In this document: positions 10,149-19,638 of the stretch, in pieces | Numbering within the stretch: position 1 is the stretch's first letter | Layout of the letters: each line of letters starts with the position of its first letter | Origin: a virus | Lineage: Duplodnaviria > Caudoviricetes | Direction: 5' to 3' (one strand) | DNA: 64,000 nucleotides | Virus record (IMG/VR): IMGVR_UViG_3300032237_000809 | Coordinates: 61,504-125,503 of that record | Position numbers and translations under genes: made by a program | Notes under the pieces: generated by a model | The model's input: only the letters and a program-made list of their open reading frames with translations | What the model was told of the DNA's origin: nothing | The model's database searches: none

Positions 10149-10242
10149 TCCCGTGACAAAAAAACCCCAAAGAATTCCAAAGGGAAAGGCAGTTCCTTTT
10201 AATCCTGGCGGCGGTGGAAGGGGTGGATGTGAAGAGGAATAA
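10072..10242 (+). CDS. 56-aa protein with T4 capsid-targeting-like N-terminus, overlapping hsp20 3' end
   Basis: MKSFQKFVQETKTIRYPMAQVHTVIDPVTKKPQRIPKGKAVPFNPGGGGRGGCEEE*; below ORF-track cutoff. Confidence 0.6.
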   Translation: MKSFQKFVQETKTIRYPMAQVHTVIDPVTKKPQRIPKGKAVPFNPGGGGRGGCEEE

Positions 10243-10340
10243 ATAGTAATAACTATCGTCGCCGCAGGGGAGCAACTGGCAAAATCCAGTTGACACTCCC
10301 CCATTTTTTTGCTATAATACCTTGAGAGGAGAAATTTAAA

Positions 10341-10676
10341 ATGTCCGTAAAAATTGCTCTATTAAAATCTGGAGAATCAGTAATTGCTGATATAAAGGAA
10401 TTAATTTCTGAAGATAAAATATGTGGATATCTATTTACTGATCCGCATAAAATGCAGATCAGTAACTCTATCTTCTTGACAGAAGAATCACTCAAACCAG
10501 AAGATGGAACAGTTAGTGTTACATTTTCTTCTTGGATTCTTTTTACAAGTGATAATGAGATTCCAGTTCGACCAGATTGGGTTGTAACTATTGTTGAACC
10601 AGTTAAATCTATTAAAGAAATGTATGAGGAAAAAGTAAATGGAACGAAATGTGAAGTGTCTTCTATTGAAGGTTGA
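10341..10676 (+). CDS. Conserved cyanophage hypothetical protein
   Basis: LLKSGE.VIADI; downstream of TTGACA...TATAAT promoter. Confidence 0.75.
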   Translation: MSVKIALLKSGESVIADIKELISEDKICGYLFTDPHKMQISNSIFLTEESLKPEDGTVSVTFSSWILFTSDNEIPVRPDWVVTIVEPVKSIKEMYEEKVNGTKCEVSSIEG

Positions 10677-10893
10677 TACTGTATTAATTACAGAAATTGT
10701 TGAGGTTGGTTCTGAACTTGGAGAACCTGATTGTAAATTGATTAATCCTTATCAATTTTTTAATATGGATGATCTTAGACCTTGGCCAGAAATTACCAAT
10801 CAAACCGAATTGATGATTCATTCAGATAGTATTCTGACTATTGCAGAACCAAAACCAGAAATTACTAAAAAATATCTTGAATTAACTTCATAA
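10639..10893 (+). CDS. Conserved cyanophage hypothetical protein
   Basis: GEPDCKLINPY; stop overlaps gp43 start. Confidence 0.75.
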   Translation: MERNVKCLLLKVDTVLITEIVEVGSELGEPDCKLINPYQFFNMDDLRPWPEITNQTELMIHSDSILTIAEPKPEITKKYLELTS

Positions 10894-13400
10894 TGTCATA
10901 TCGTTTTTACACAAACATCCAAATGGTCGGAGATCACTTTTTGGTACGTGGTTATGAAAATGGAAAACATTTCATGACTCGTGAAAATTTTTATCCGACT
11001 CTTTTTATTCCTTCAAAAAAAGATACTAAATATCAAACATTAAATGGTGAATATGTTGAAGAAGTGCAACCCGGTTCGGTAAGAGATTGTAGGGAATTTG
11101 TTAAAAAATATGATGATATAGAGGGATTTAAAATATATGGAAATACTGGATATATCTATCAATATATCAGTGAAAAATATCCAGAAGAAGAAGTTAAATT
11201 TGATATTACTAAAATTAAAGTAGCAACAATTGATATTGAGGTTGCATCAGAAAATGGATTTCCTGACGTTGAAAGTGCTGCCGAAAAAGTATTGTTGATT
11301 ACTATTCAAGATTATAGTACAAAACAAATTCGTACCTGGGGTCTTGGTAAGTTTAATAATCAGCAGAGTAATATAAAGTATCTTTCTTTTTCAAATGAGC
11401 ATGATTTATTGAATGACTTTATTAACTGGTGGATGATTGAAGAGAACACTCCAGAAGTCATTACTGGTTGGAATAGTGAATTGTATGATATTCCATACTT
11501 GGTTCGTCGTATAGATCGTATTCTTGGTGAAAAACTTATGAAGCGTATGTCTCCATGGGGATTAGTAACTGAAACTGAGAAATATATTTCTGGTCGCAAG
11601 CATATTGCTTATGATATTGGGGGAGTAAGTCAACTCGATTATTTAAATCTTTATAAAAAATTCACTTATAAAGTTCGGGAATCTTATCGTTTGGATTATA
11701 TTTCAGAAGTTGAACTTGATCAAAAGAAGTTGGATCACAGTGAGTTTGATACATTCAAAGATTTCTATACAAAAGGTTGGCAAAAATTTGTAGAATATAA
11801 CATCAAAGACGTTGAACTTGTTGACCGCTTGGAAGACAAAATGAAACTGATTGAACTTGCCTTGACCATGGCATATGATGCTAAGGTAAACTATTCCGAT
11901 GTTTTTTCTCAGGTTAGGATGTGGGATACGATTATTTACAATTATCTTAAAAAGAGAAATATTGTTATTCCACCAAAAGAGACTAGTGATAAAGATTCCA
12001 AGTATGCTGGTGCATATGTAAAAGAACCAATTTCTGGTGTTTATGATTGGGTAGTCAATTTTGACTTAAACTCTCTATATCCTCACCTGATTATGCAATA
12101 CAATATAAGTCCCGAAACTTTAGTAGAAGAACGGCATCCTTATGTAACTGTAGATAAAATTCTAAATCAAGAGATTGATTTTGAACCTTATAAGAATTAT
12201 GCAGTTTGTGCGAATGGTGCAATGTACCGGAAAGATGTTCGTGGATTTCTCCCAGAATTGATGGAGAAAATCTATAAAGACCGAACCATCTATAAGAAGA
12301 AAATGATTGCTGCGAAGCAGGAATATGAGAAGAAGAAAACTAAAGAACTTGAAAAGGAAATTTCAAGATGTAATAACATCCAAATGGCAAGAAAAATTCA
12401 ACTTAATAGTGCTTATGGTGCCATTGGTAATCAGTACTTTCGTTATTTTAAATTAGCGAATGCTGAGGCAATTACTCTTTCAGGACAAGTTTCAATTCGT
12501 TGGATTGAAGAAAAACTCAATAAGTATCTAAATAAACTTCTTAAAACTAAAGATGTAGACTATGTTATTGCTTCTGATACTGACTCCATTTATCTTAATA
12601 TGGGTCCTTTGGTGGAAACTATATACAAGGGAAGAGAGAAAACTACTGAAGGCATTGTTTCGTTCCTTGATAAGGTCGCTAAGGTGGAACTTGAAAAATA
12701 TATTGAAAGTTGTTACCAAGAACTGGCCGACTATGTAAAGGCATATGATCAAAAGATGCAGATGAAGCGTGAGAATATTGCTGATCGTGGAATCTGGACG
12801 GCCAAGAAACGTTATATTTTAAATGTCTGGGATAGCGAAGGTGTTCGTTATGAAGAACCTGAACTTAAAATGATGGGGATTGAGGCAGTTAAATCTTCTA
12901 CTCCCGCTCCTTGTCGCCAAATGATTAAAAATGGATTAAAATTGATGATGAGTGGGACTGAAGAACAGGTGATTGCATTTATTAATAAATGTCGATCTGA
13001 GTTTAGAAAACTTCCTCCAGAACAGATTGCCTTTCCAAGAACTGCATCTGATGTCCGTAAATATCATTCCCACTCTGACATTTATATAAAAGGAACTCCA
13101 ATTCATATTCGTGGAGCACTTCTTTTTAATCATTACATTAAAGAAAAAAATCTTACTAATAAATATTCTCTTATTGGTAATGGTGAAAAGATTAAATTTA
13201 TCTATCTAAAAAAACCAAATATTATTCAGGAAAATATCGTTTCATTTATTCAAGATTTTCCTAAGGAACTTGGTCTTGACAAATACATAGATTATGAACT
13301 ACAATTTGAAAAAAGTTTTCTTGAACCACTTAAATCTATTCTTGATGCAATTGGATGGAAAATAGAAAAAACTGTTAATTTGGAATCATTTTTTACTTAA
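10893..13400 (+). CDS. gp43: Family B DNA polymerase
   Basis: Exo I DIE, DLNSLYP, KIQLNSAYG, SDTDS, KKRY; uninterrupted. Confidence 0.98.
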   Translation: MSYRFYTNIQMVGDHFLVRGYENGKHFMTRENFYPTLFIPSKKDTKYQTLNGEYVEEVQPGSVRDCREFVKKYDDIEGFKIYGNTGYIYQYISEKYPEEEVKFDITKIKVATIDIEVASENGFPDVESAAEKVLLITIQDYSTKQIRTWGLGKFNNQQSNIKYLSFSNEHDLLNDFINWWMIEENTPEVITGWNSELYDIPYLVRRIDRILGEKLMKRMSPWGLVTETEKYISGRKHIAYDIGGVSQLDYLNLYKKFTYKVRESYRLDYISEVELDQKKLDHSEFDTFKDFYTKGWQKFVEYNIKDVELVDRLEDKMKLIELALTMAYDAKVNYSDVFSQVRMWDTIIYNYLKKRNIVIPPKETSDKDSKYAGAYVKEPISGVYDWVVNFDLNSLYPHLIMQYNISPETLVEERHPYVTVDKILNQEIDFEPYKNYAVCANGAMYRKDVRGFLPELMEKIYKDRTIYKKKMIAAKQEYEKKKTKELEKEISRCNNIQMARKIQLNSAYGAIGNQYFRYFKLANAEAITLSGQVSIRWIEEKLNKYLNKLLKTKDVDYVIASDTDSIYLNMGPLVETIYKGREKTTEGIVSFLDKVAKVELEKYIESCYQELADYVKAYDQKMQMKRENIADRGIWTAKKRYILNVWDSEGVRYEEPELKMMGIEAVKSSTPAPCRQMIKNGLKLMMSGTEEQVIAFINKCRSEFRKLPPEQIAFPRTASDVRKYHSHSDIYIKGTPIHIRGALLFNHYIKEKNLTNKYSLIGNGEKIKFIYLKKPNIIQENIVSFIQDFPKELGLDKYIDYELQFEKSFLEPLKSILDAIGWKIEKTVNLESFFT

Positions 13401-13407
13401 AATTTAA

Positions 13408-13557
13408 ATGAACTTGCCTATCAATGAAAAAAAATTGAACATTATTATTAATGCTATGCTTCTCGGCGGTGATACTGCTTTATATCAAAAACTTTGTACT
13501 TTTAGAATTAATTACATAAACAAAAAAAAGAGGATAATAAATGATGGATTTTCTTAA
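13408..13557 (+). CDS. Small hypothetical protein
   Basis: MNLPINEKKLNIIINAMLLGGDTALYQKL...; fills gp43-uvsX gap. Confidence 0.55.
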   Translation: MNLPINEKKLNIIINAMLLGGDTALYQKLCTFRINYINKKKRIINDGFS

Positions 13558-14548
13558 AGATATTGTAAAAGAGATTGGTGGTGAATACACCCAACTTGCT
13601 TCAGAAATTAATGAAACCGAAACTTTTGTGGATACAGGTTCGTACATTTTTAACGCTCTTGTATCTGGGTCTATCTTTGGTGGGGTATCTGGGAATAAAA
13701 TTACTGCAATCGCGGGTGAAACTTCTACTGGTAAAACTTTCTTTAGTTTGGCTGTGGTTAAGAATTTTCTTGATAATAATCCTACTGGATATTGTCTATA
13801 TTTTGATACTGAAGCAGCAATCACAAGATCCCTTTTGGAAAGTAGGGGAATTGACACAACTCGTGTGGTGGTTGTCAATGTAGTAACTGTTGAAGAGTTT
13901 CGTGGAAAGGCACTCAAAGCAGTTGACATGTATATGAAGAAACCTGAAGAAGAACGCAATCCTTGCATGTTTGTGTTAGACTCATTAGGAATGCTTTCAA
14001 CTAGTAAAGAGATTAATGATGCTCTGAATGATAAAGAAGTTAGAGATATGACCAAATCCCAACTGATTAAGGGTGCATTTCGTATGCTTACTTTGAAACT
14101 TGGTCAAGCAAATATTCCAATGATTGTAACAAATCACTTATATTCTGTTGTGGGATCTTATGTTCCAACACAAGAACAATCTGGCGGAAGTGGATTGAAG
14201 TATGCAGCATCTTCTATCATCTATCTTTCTAAAAAGAAAGATAAAGATGGAACCGAAGTTATTGGAAATATTATTAAATCAAAATTAGTCAAATCTCGTT
14301 TAAGTAAAGAAAATCAAGAAGTAGAAATACGACTTTATTATGATGAAAGAGGTCTTGATAAGTATTATGGTCTGTTGGAACTTGGAGAACTTGGAGGATT
14401 GTGGAAAAATACTGCTGGTAGATATGAAATGGATGGGAAAAAAATATATGGGAAGGAGATATTAAAAAATCCAGAACAATATTTTACATCTCAAGTATTA
14501 CAAGCACTTGATGAAATTGCCAGACAAAAATTTTCTTATGGAAAATAA
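13541..14548 (+). CDS. uvsX: RecA-like recombinase UvsX
   Basis: GETSTGKT, YFDTEAA, VLDSLG, GGSGLKYAAS. Confidence 0.95.
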   Translation: MMDFLKDIVKEIGGEYTQLASEINETETFVDTGSYIFNALVSGSIFGGVSGNKITAIAGETSTGKTFFSLAVVKNFLDNNPTGYCLYFDTEAAITRSLLESRGIDTTRVVVVNVVTVEEFRGKALKAVDMYMKKPEEERNPCMFVLDSLGMLSTSKEINDALNDKEVRDMTKSQLIKGAFRMLTLKLGQANIPMIVTNHLYSVVGSYVPTQEQSGGSGLKYAASSIIYLSKKKDKDGTEVIGNIIKSKLVKSRLSKENQEVEIRLYYDERGLDKYYGLLELGELGGLWKNTAGRYEMDGKKIYGKEILKNPEQYFTSQVLQALDEIARQKFSYGK

Positions 14549-14559
14549 TATAAATAAGT

Positions 14560-15129
14560 ATGGTTAATAACCATACACAAATGTTTATAGATACGCATCA
14601 CATAATACCAAGATCTGAAGGTGGAACTGACGATCCAAAAAATCTTGTTAAACTTCCAAGAAAATTACATCAAGAAGTTCATCATCGTAGGTGGTTAGTT
14701 AGTAAATCTATTAATGATTTGTATGCTTTTCAAATATTAGGAGGACATTTATCTGATGATGAACTGGATAAAATTTATGAAGATCAAGTTTATAGGTGTA
14801 AAAGAGATCAAACTAAATTGATTGAGTCTAGATTAAATTCTGAAAAATGGAAGCAATCACATCAAAATAATGAATATAAACAGAAAAAAAGAGAACAGAG
14901 TATTTTATTAAATAAACTTGGAAAAATTAATTCTAAAAAATCAGCAATGCTTATAAGTGAAAAGAAAAAATCTGTAAAAAATTATAATTCAAAAGCAATT
15001 TCAGTTTATGGTAAAATATGGGAAGATGCTTCCAAATGTGTAAGAGATGGTGGTTCTAATGGATTAAGTTTAAGACAATTGAGATATAGAGCAAATAAAA
15101 TTAATTATCCCGATGTATTTTATGTGTAA
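14560..15129 (+). CDS. Free-standing HNH homing endonuclease
   Basis: HHIIPRSEGGTDDPKNLVKL...H...H; TATAAATA at 14549-14556. Confidence 0.85.
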   Translation: MVNNHTQMFIDTHHIIPRSEGGTDDPKNLVKLPRKLHQEVHHRRWLVSKSINDLYAFQILGGHLSDDELDKIYEDQVYRCKRDQTKLIESRLNSEKWKQSHQNNEYKQKKREQSILLNKLGKINSKKSAMLISEKKKSVKNYNSKAISVYGKIWEDASKCVRDGGSNGLSLRQLRYRANKINYPDVFYV

Positions 15130-15150
15130 AAAACAATTTAATTATGGAGC

Positions 15151-15696
15151 ATGAAAAATATCAGAATTATAGAAACCAATATTGATGTTTCTGATATATT
15201 AGAACAACTTAAGAAATATCCTGAAGATTGGGGATCTCAAAAAAACATTGAAAATACTAAACAACAGGATCCAACAAAATATACTACAACTGTAGATGTT
15301 TTACAACTAATCATGGGTGGAGTAAAAAATGAAGGTGAATATGTTGGCAACACTGAAATTTGCATCAAAACTTTAGCATATGAACATCATACTGAAATTC
15401 TTAAATTCTTATCTAATAGATTTAAAAAAATAAGAAGATGTGCATTTTTATCTCTTCCAATTGGAGATAAAGTAGGTCTTCATATTGATGAAGGAACCTA
15501 TTATCTAACAAAAGATAGATATCATCTTTCTATTCAAGGAAAATATGAATATGCCGTAGGAGATGAAGTAGTTATTATTGAACCAGGAACATTTTTTTGG
15601 TTTAATAACAAATTACCACACTCTGCGGTTAATATTGGCAATGATGTTAGAATTACTTTTGTATTTGATGTACCCCATCATAAAAAAAATCCTTAA
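15151..15696 (+). CDS. Asp/Asn beta-hydroxylase-like 2OG-Fe(II) oxygenase
   Basis: HID (HxD), RYHL, WFNNKLPHSAVN, RITFVFD. Confidence 0.75.
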   Translation: MKNIRIIETNIDVSDILEQLKKYPEDWGSQKNIENTKQQDPTKYTTTVDVLQLIMGGVKNEGEYVGNTEICIKTLAYEHHTEILKFLSNRFKKIRRCAFLSLPIGDKVGLHIDEGTYYLTKDRYHLSIQGKYEYAVGDEVVIIEPGTFFWFNNKLPHSAVNIGNDVRITFVFDVPHHKKNP

Positions 15697-15704
15697 TTGA
15701 AATA

Positions 15705-17036
15705 ATGGAAAGACTTGAACTTACAATTTTACGAAACTTGGTATATAATGAAGATTACTCTAGAAAAGTTATACCTTTTATACAACCAGACTATTTTGAA
15801 GAAAGGACTGAAAAAATTATATTTGAAGAAATTGTTAAGTTTATTGTAAAATATGGGTCAGCAATTACAATAGAGGCACTTGGAATCGAGATTCAAAATA
15901 GAACTGATTTAACAGAATCTGAAATCAAACAAATTCATGAACTTATTTCTAGTTTTCATAATGGTGTAGTAGAAAAACAATGGATTCTTGATACTACTGA
16001 AAAATGGTGTAGAGACCGAGCGATTTATCTTGCATTGATGGAATCTATTCATATTGCCGATGGTAATAATGAAAAGAAAAATCGTGATGCAATTCCTAGT
16101 ATTTTATCTGATGCTCTTGCAGTATCTTTTGATAATAATATAGGACATGATTATCTTGAAAATTATGAAGATAGGTATGAATTTTATCATCGTAAAGAAG
16201 ATAAAATTGAGTTTGATTTAGACTATTTTAATAAAATTACAAAAGGAGGTTTACCTAATAAAACTCTCAACATTGCTCTTGCTGGAACTGGTGTTGGAAA
16301 ATCTCTTTTCATGTGTCATGTTGCTAGTTCTGCTTTATTACAGGGTAGAAATGTTCTTTACATAACTCTTGAAATGGCAGAAGAAAGAATTGCTGAAAGA
16401 ATTGATGCAAATCTCTTCAATCTACCAATTCAACAACTGATTGATTTGCCAAAACATACGTTTGAAACTAAAGTAAATAGTATCTCTAAAAAGACTAGAG
16501 GTTCTTTAGTGATCAAAGAATATCCAACTGCTTCTGCACATTCTGGACATTTTAAAGCACTTCTTAATGAACTTGCTCTTAAAAAATCATTTAGACCTGA
16601 TATTATTTTTATTGACTATCTTAATATTTGTGCTTCTTCTAGGCATAAAGCAAATACCTCAGTCAATTCTTATACTTATATCAAGGCAATTGCTGAGGAA
16701 CTTCGTGGTCTTGCAGTTGAGTTTAATGTTCCCATTGTCTCTGCTACTCAGACCACTCGTTCAGGGTATTGCTTGGACTTGAAAACACAAGTTCAAACAC
16801 CGCAAGGACTGAAAGAACTTTCAAATATTCAAGTTGGAGATTTGGTGCTTTCAAATACTGGTTATAATGAAGTCCTAAATGTTTTTCCAAAATCCAAAAA
16901 GAAATCTTATAAGATTACTTTGGAAGATGGTAAAGAAATTATTTGTAGTGAAGAACACTTGTTCCCAACTCAAAATGGTGAAGTGAATATCAAAGGGGGT
17001 TTGAAAGAAGGTATGTCTCTTTATGTAAAAGAATAG
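15705..17036 (+). CDS. gp41: Replicative helicase N-terminal half fused to split-intein N fragment
   Basis: GTGVGKS, ITLEM, FIDYL, ATQTTRSGY then CLDLKT... intein and stop. Confidence 0.95.
   Translation: MERLELTILRNLVYNEDYSRKVIPFIQPDYFEERTEKIIFEEIVKFIVKYGSAITIEALGIEIQNRTDLTESEIKQIHELISSFHNGVVEKQWILDTTEKWCRDRAIYLALMESIHIADGNNEKKNRDAIPSILSDALAVSFDNNIGHDYLENYEDRYEFYHRKEDKIEFDLDYFNKITKGGLPNKTLNIALAGTGVGKSLFMCHVASSALLQGRNVLYITLEMAEERIAERIDANLFNLPIQQLIDLPKHTFETKVNSISKKTRGSLVIKEYPTASAHSGHFKALLNELALKKSFRPDIIFIDYLNICASSRHKANTSVNSYTYIKAIAEELRGLAVEFNVPIVSATQTTRSGYCLDLKTQVQTPQGLKELSNIQVGDLVLSNTGYNEVLNVFPKSKKKSYKITLEDGKEIICSEEHLFPTQNGEVNIKGGLKEGMSLYVKE
16770..17033 (+). mobile_element. Split intein IntN (88 aa), gp41-1 type
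   Basis: Cys1 CLDLKTQVQTPQG; block B CSEEHLFPT. Confidence 0.95.
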
Positions 17037-17085
17037 TATGTGTAAGTTTTACTTCTTATAAATAATAGTAGTATAACTTACTGAT

Positions 17086-17751
17086 ATGAAAGTAAAGATT
17101 TATCTAATTACCAACACAGCAGTCAATCCGCATATGTATTATGTTGGATTGACTAAAAATGAATTGGATAGAAGATTACAAGAACATATCACTCTTGGAA
17201 GGCATGAAGGAAATAAACTTCTGTCTGATGCTATTATTGAATATGGTAAAAGAAACTTTACTATTGAAGTGATAGAAGAAGTTGATGAAAGTGAAGCAAG
17301 AATAAAAGAAGATTATTATATTCGCAAATATAAATCTCATTATAGAGATGGATGTGGATATAATATGAAATATGAAACTTCTAATTATGAGAAACACTAT
17401 CACGGAGCAAATCAAGAACTAATAGAAGAGAATATTAGAAATGGTAGGGCGTGGAACTATGGAATAAGTTTTTCTACACAATCAAAAGAAAAAATGAGAA
17501 AAACTAAAAAGCATAGATATTCTCTTGGTGTTTATAAAAAGTTCAATACAAATCATTCACAAGAAACTAAAAATAAAATCGCAGAAAGTAAAAAAGGACA
17601 AAAACTTACAGAGGAACATAGAAAAAATATTTCTAAATCTTCTGTTGGTAGAACTTGGATTTATAATCCAGAGTTGAATGAAAGAAAGTTTGTAAAACAA
17701 GATGAGTTGGAAATGTTCTTGGAAAGTGGTTGGAGGAAAGGTAGATTATAA
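17086..17751 (+). CDS. GIY-YIG homing endonuclease with NUMOD3-like repeats
   Basis: KIYLITN...YVGLT...R..EH, E...I, GYN; HSQETKNKI..SKKG; TATAAATA at 17057-17064. Confidence 0.9.
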   Translation: MKVKIYLITNTAVNPHMYYVGLTKNELDRRLQEHITLGRHEGNKLLSDAIIEYGKRNFTIEVIEEVDESEARIKEDYYIRKYKSHYRDGCGYNMKYETSNYEKHYHGANQELIEENIRNGRAWNYGISFSTQSKEKMRKTKKHRYSLGVYKKFNTNHSQETKNKIAESKKGQKLTEEHRKNISKSSVGRTWIYNPELNERKFVKQDELEMFLESGWRKGRL

Positions 17752-17773
17752 ATAAACTTATAGTGTAAAAAAA

Positions 17774-18370
17774 ATGGACTCACAAGAATTACGCAATCTT
17801 CAAGAAGCATATTTGAAAGTTTGTGAACTTGATGAAGCAAATAGAGTTGAAAGACATTTAGGAATACATTCAAATACTCCAGAAAATGAATTGTCTAGAA
17901 TGAAACGCAGAGCGTCTGTTAGTGGCGTTGGAAGTGGAAAAAGTGATATAAATCCCGGAACCTTACGCATGAATAGAGGTGTCGCTAGAATGGTAACAAA
18001 AAGAAATAGAGGAAAATCACCTTCCGATCCAACATATACAAAAAGAAGAGGAATAGATCCACATGCCGATGTAAAATCTTGGAGAGATTCACCTTTAGGA
18101 TTACCAAAAGGGTATAAAGATCCACTTAATCCAAGAACTTCTAAAAATATTGGAAATAAAGTACAGGTTAAAACTAAACCCGCAAGTAAGTTATGGAGTA
18201 ATCCACATCAAGCATCCAGTAAAATAGTTAAATTTAGAAGAGAAGATTTTGACATCTACGATATCATCCTCTCACATCTTTTAGATGAAGGTTATGCCGA
18301 AACACCAGAAGCAGCAGAAGCAATTATGGTGAATATGAGTGAAGAATGGAGAGATAGTATTATTGGTTGA
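17774..18370 (+). CDS. Late modular protein, family member 2
   Basis: MDSQELRNLQEAY leader, basic middle, DIYDIILSHLLDEGYA...NMSEEWRD end; TATAAATA at 17747-17754. Confidence 0.75.
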   Translation: MDSQELRNLQEAYLKVCELDEANRVERHLGIHSNTPENELSRMKRRASVSGVGSGKSDINPGTLRMNRGVARMVTKRNRGKSPSDPTYTKRRGIDPHADVKSWRDSPLGLPKGYKDPLNPRTSKNIGNKVQVKTKPASKLWSNPHQASSKIVKFRREDFDIYDIILSHLLDEGYAETPEAAEAIMVNMSEEWRDSIIG

Positions 18371-18402
18371 TAAAATCATAAAATCTTTCTCAACCACTCA
18401 CC

Positions 18403-18431
18403 TTGCTTTTGGTGTGTGGTTTTGTTATAAT
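18403..18431 (+). promoter_or_regulatory. Sigma70-type promoter for the IntC-gp41C half
   Basis: TTGCTT-17 nt-TATAAT, 20 nt before ATG 18451; overlaps a hairpin terminator. Confidence 0.6.
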
Positions 18432-18450
18432 GTGAATAGGTAAGAACTCT

Positions 18451-18561
18451 ATGATGCTGAAAAAAATTCTAAAAATTGAAGAACTTGATGAAAGAGAACT
18501 TATAGATATTGAAGTGTCTGGAAATCATTTGTTTTATGCGAATGCTATTCTCACACATAAT
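18451..18561 (+). mobile_element. Split intein IntC (37 aa)
   Basis: Block F DIEV..NHLFYAN, terminal HN followed by Ser+1. Confidence 0.95.
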
Positions 18562-18876
18562 AGTAGCTCTGATGTTGAACTTACTGATACTTCAGAATCC
18601 TTCGGTCTTCCTGCTACTGCTGATCTTATGTTTGCTCTTATAAGTACAGAAGAGTTGGAAGAATTGGGACAAATTATGGTAAAACAACTTAAAAATAGAT
18701 ATAATGATCCGACAATTTATAAACGTTTTGTTGTTGGCATTGATCGTGCAAAAATGAGACTTTATGATGTAGAACAGTCCGCTCAAAAAGACATACTTGA
18801 CAGTGGACAAAAAGAGGAGTATAATTGCGAAGAAAAGACACCAAAAAAATTATTTGAGGGATTTAAATTTTCATGA
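18451..18876 (+). CDS. gp41: Split-intein C fragment fused to helicase C-terminal half
   Basis: MMLKKILKIEELDERELIDIEVSGNHLFYANAILTHN|SSSDV..TSESFGLPATAD..KQLKNRY. Confidence 0.95.
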   Translation: MMLKKILKIEELDERELIDIEVSGNHLFYANAILTHNSSSDVELTDTSESFGLPATADLMFALISTEELEELGQIMVKQLKNRYNDPTIYKRFVVGIDRAKMRLYDVEQSAQKDILDSGQKEEYNCEEKTPKKLFEGFKFS

Positions 18877-19283
18877 CACAAAAAATTGATTTTGATAGGT
18901 ATAAGAATTTTGTGGATGCAGTAACTTCTGATGCATCTAAAGATTTTCTTGCTCTGTCTGACCGTATGGTTCAGTTGGATGAGAAAGGTGCAAATATTGA
19001 ACGTCTTCTAACTGCTGCTGTTGGTATTAATGCTGAAGGTGGTGAGTTTATGGAAATTGTGAAAAAGATGCTATTTCAAGGTAAATCTTGGAATGATGAA
19101 ACTCGCACTCACCTGATTAAGGAACTTGGAGATACTATTTGGTATGTTGCTCAAGCATGTATTGCTCTTGAAATTTCTTTTGATGAAGTTCTTCAAACTA
19201 ATATTGATAAATTGATGAAGCGTTATCCAGATGGATTCTTTGATGTGTATTATAGTGAAAATCGTGAAACAGGTGACATTTGA
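18873..19283 (+). CDS. mazG: MazG-like nucleotide pyrophosphohydrolase
   Basis: AEGGEFMEIVKK, KELGDTIWY, NIDKLMKRYP. Confidence 0.9.
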   Translation: MTQKIDFDRYKNFVDAVTSDASKDFLALSDRMVQLDEKGANIERLLTAAVGINAEGGEFMEIVKKMLFQGKSWNDETRTHLIKELGDTIWYVAQACIALEISFDEVLQTNIDKLMKRYPDGFFDVYYSENRETGDI

Positions 19284-19436
19284 TGAATTATAATTCTAAT
19301 TGGTCTTATGAACATAGGCATTCGTCCGAACTGTGGGATATTGCCGCTCAAATTTTAAGTGAACTCTCTCATAGAGATCAAGTTAATTTTAGGATAATCG
19401 CAACACCAGAATCTGTAAATACAAAAATTAAAAATT

Positions 19437-19622
19437 ATGAATAAAGAAAATCTAGTAAATATCAAAATGGATGTTCGTTCTGCTGCTGCAGTTCGTCAAA
19501 TTCTTTTTGAATCGCAAAGGGGATATACATATGATAGCATGTGTGTTCCTGTACGTATATCTAATATACGTACAGTAATATTAGATATTGATGAAAAAAT
19601 CAGTGCTATTGTAGATAGATAA
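19437..19622 (+). CDS. Hypothetical protein
   Basis: 61-aa ORF in gene direction. Confidence 0.5.
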   Translation: MNKENLVNIKMDVRSAAAVRQILFESQRGYTYDSMCVPVRISNIRTVILDIDEKISAIVDR

Positions 19623-19638
19623 TAAATATTTTAAAAAT

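Noticed and set aside
13480-14055. 191-aa minus-strand ORF
   Set aside because: Antisense to uvsX
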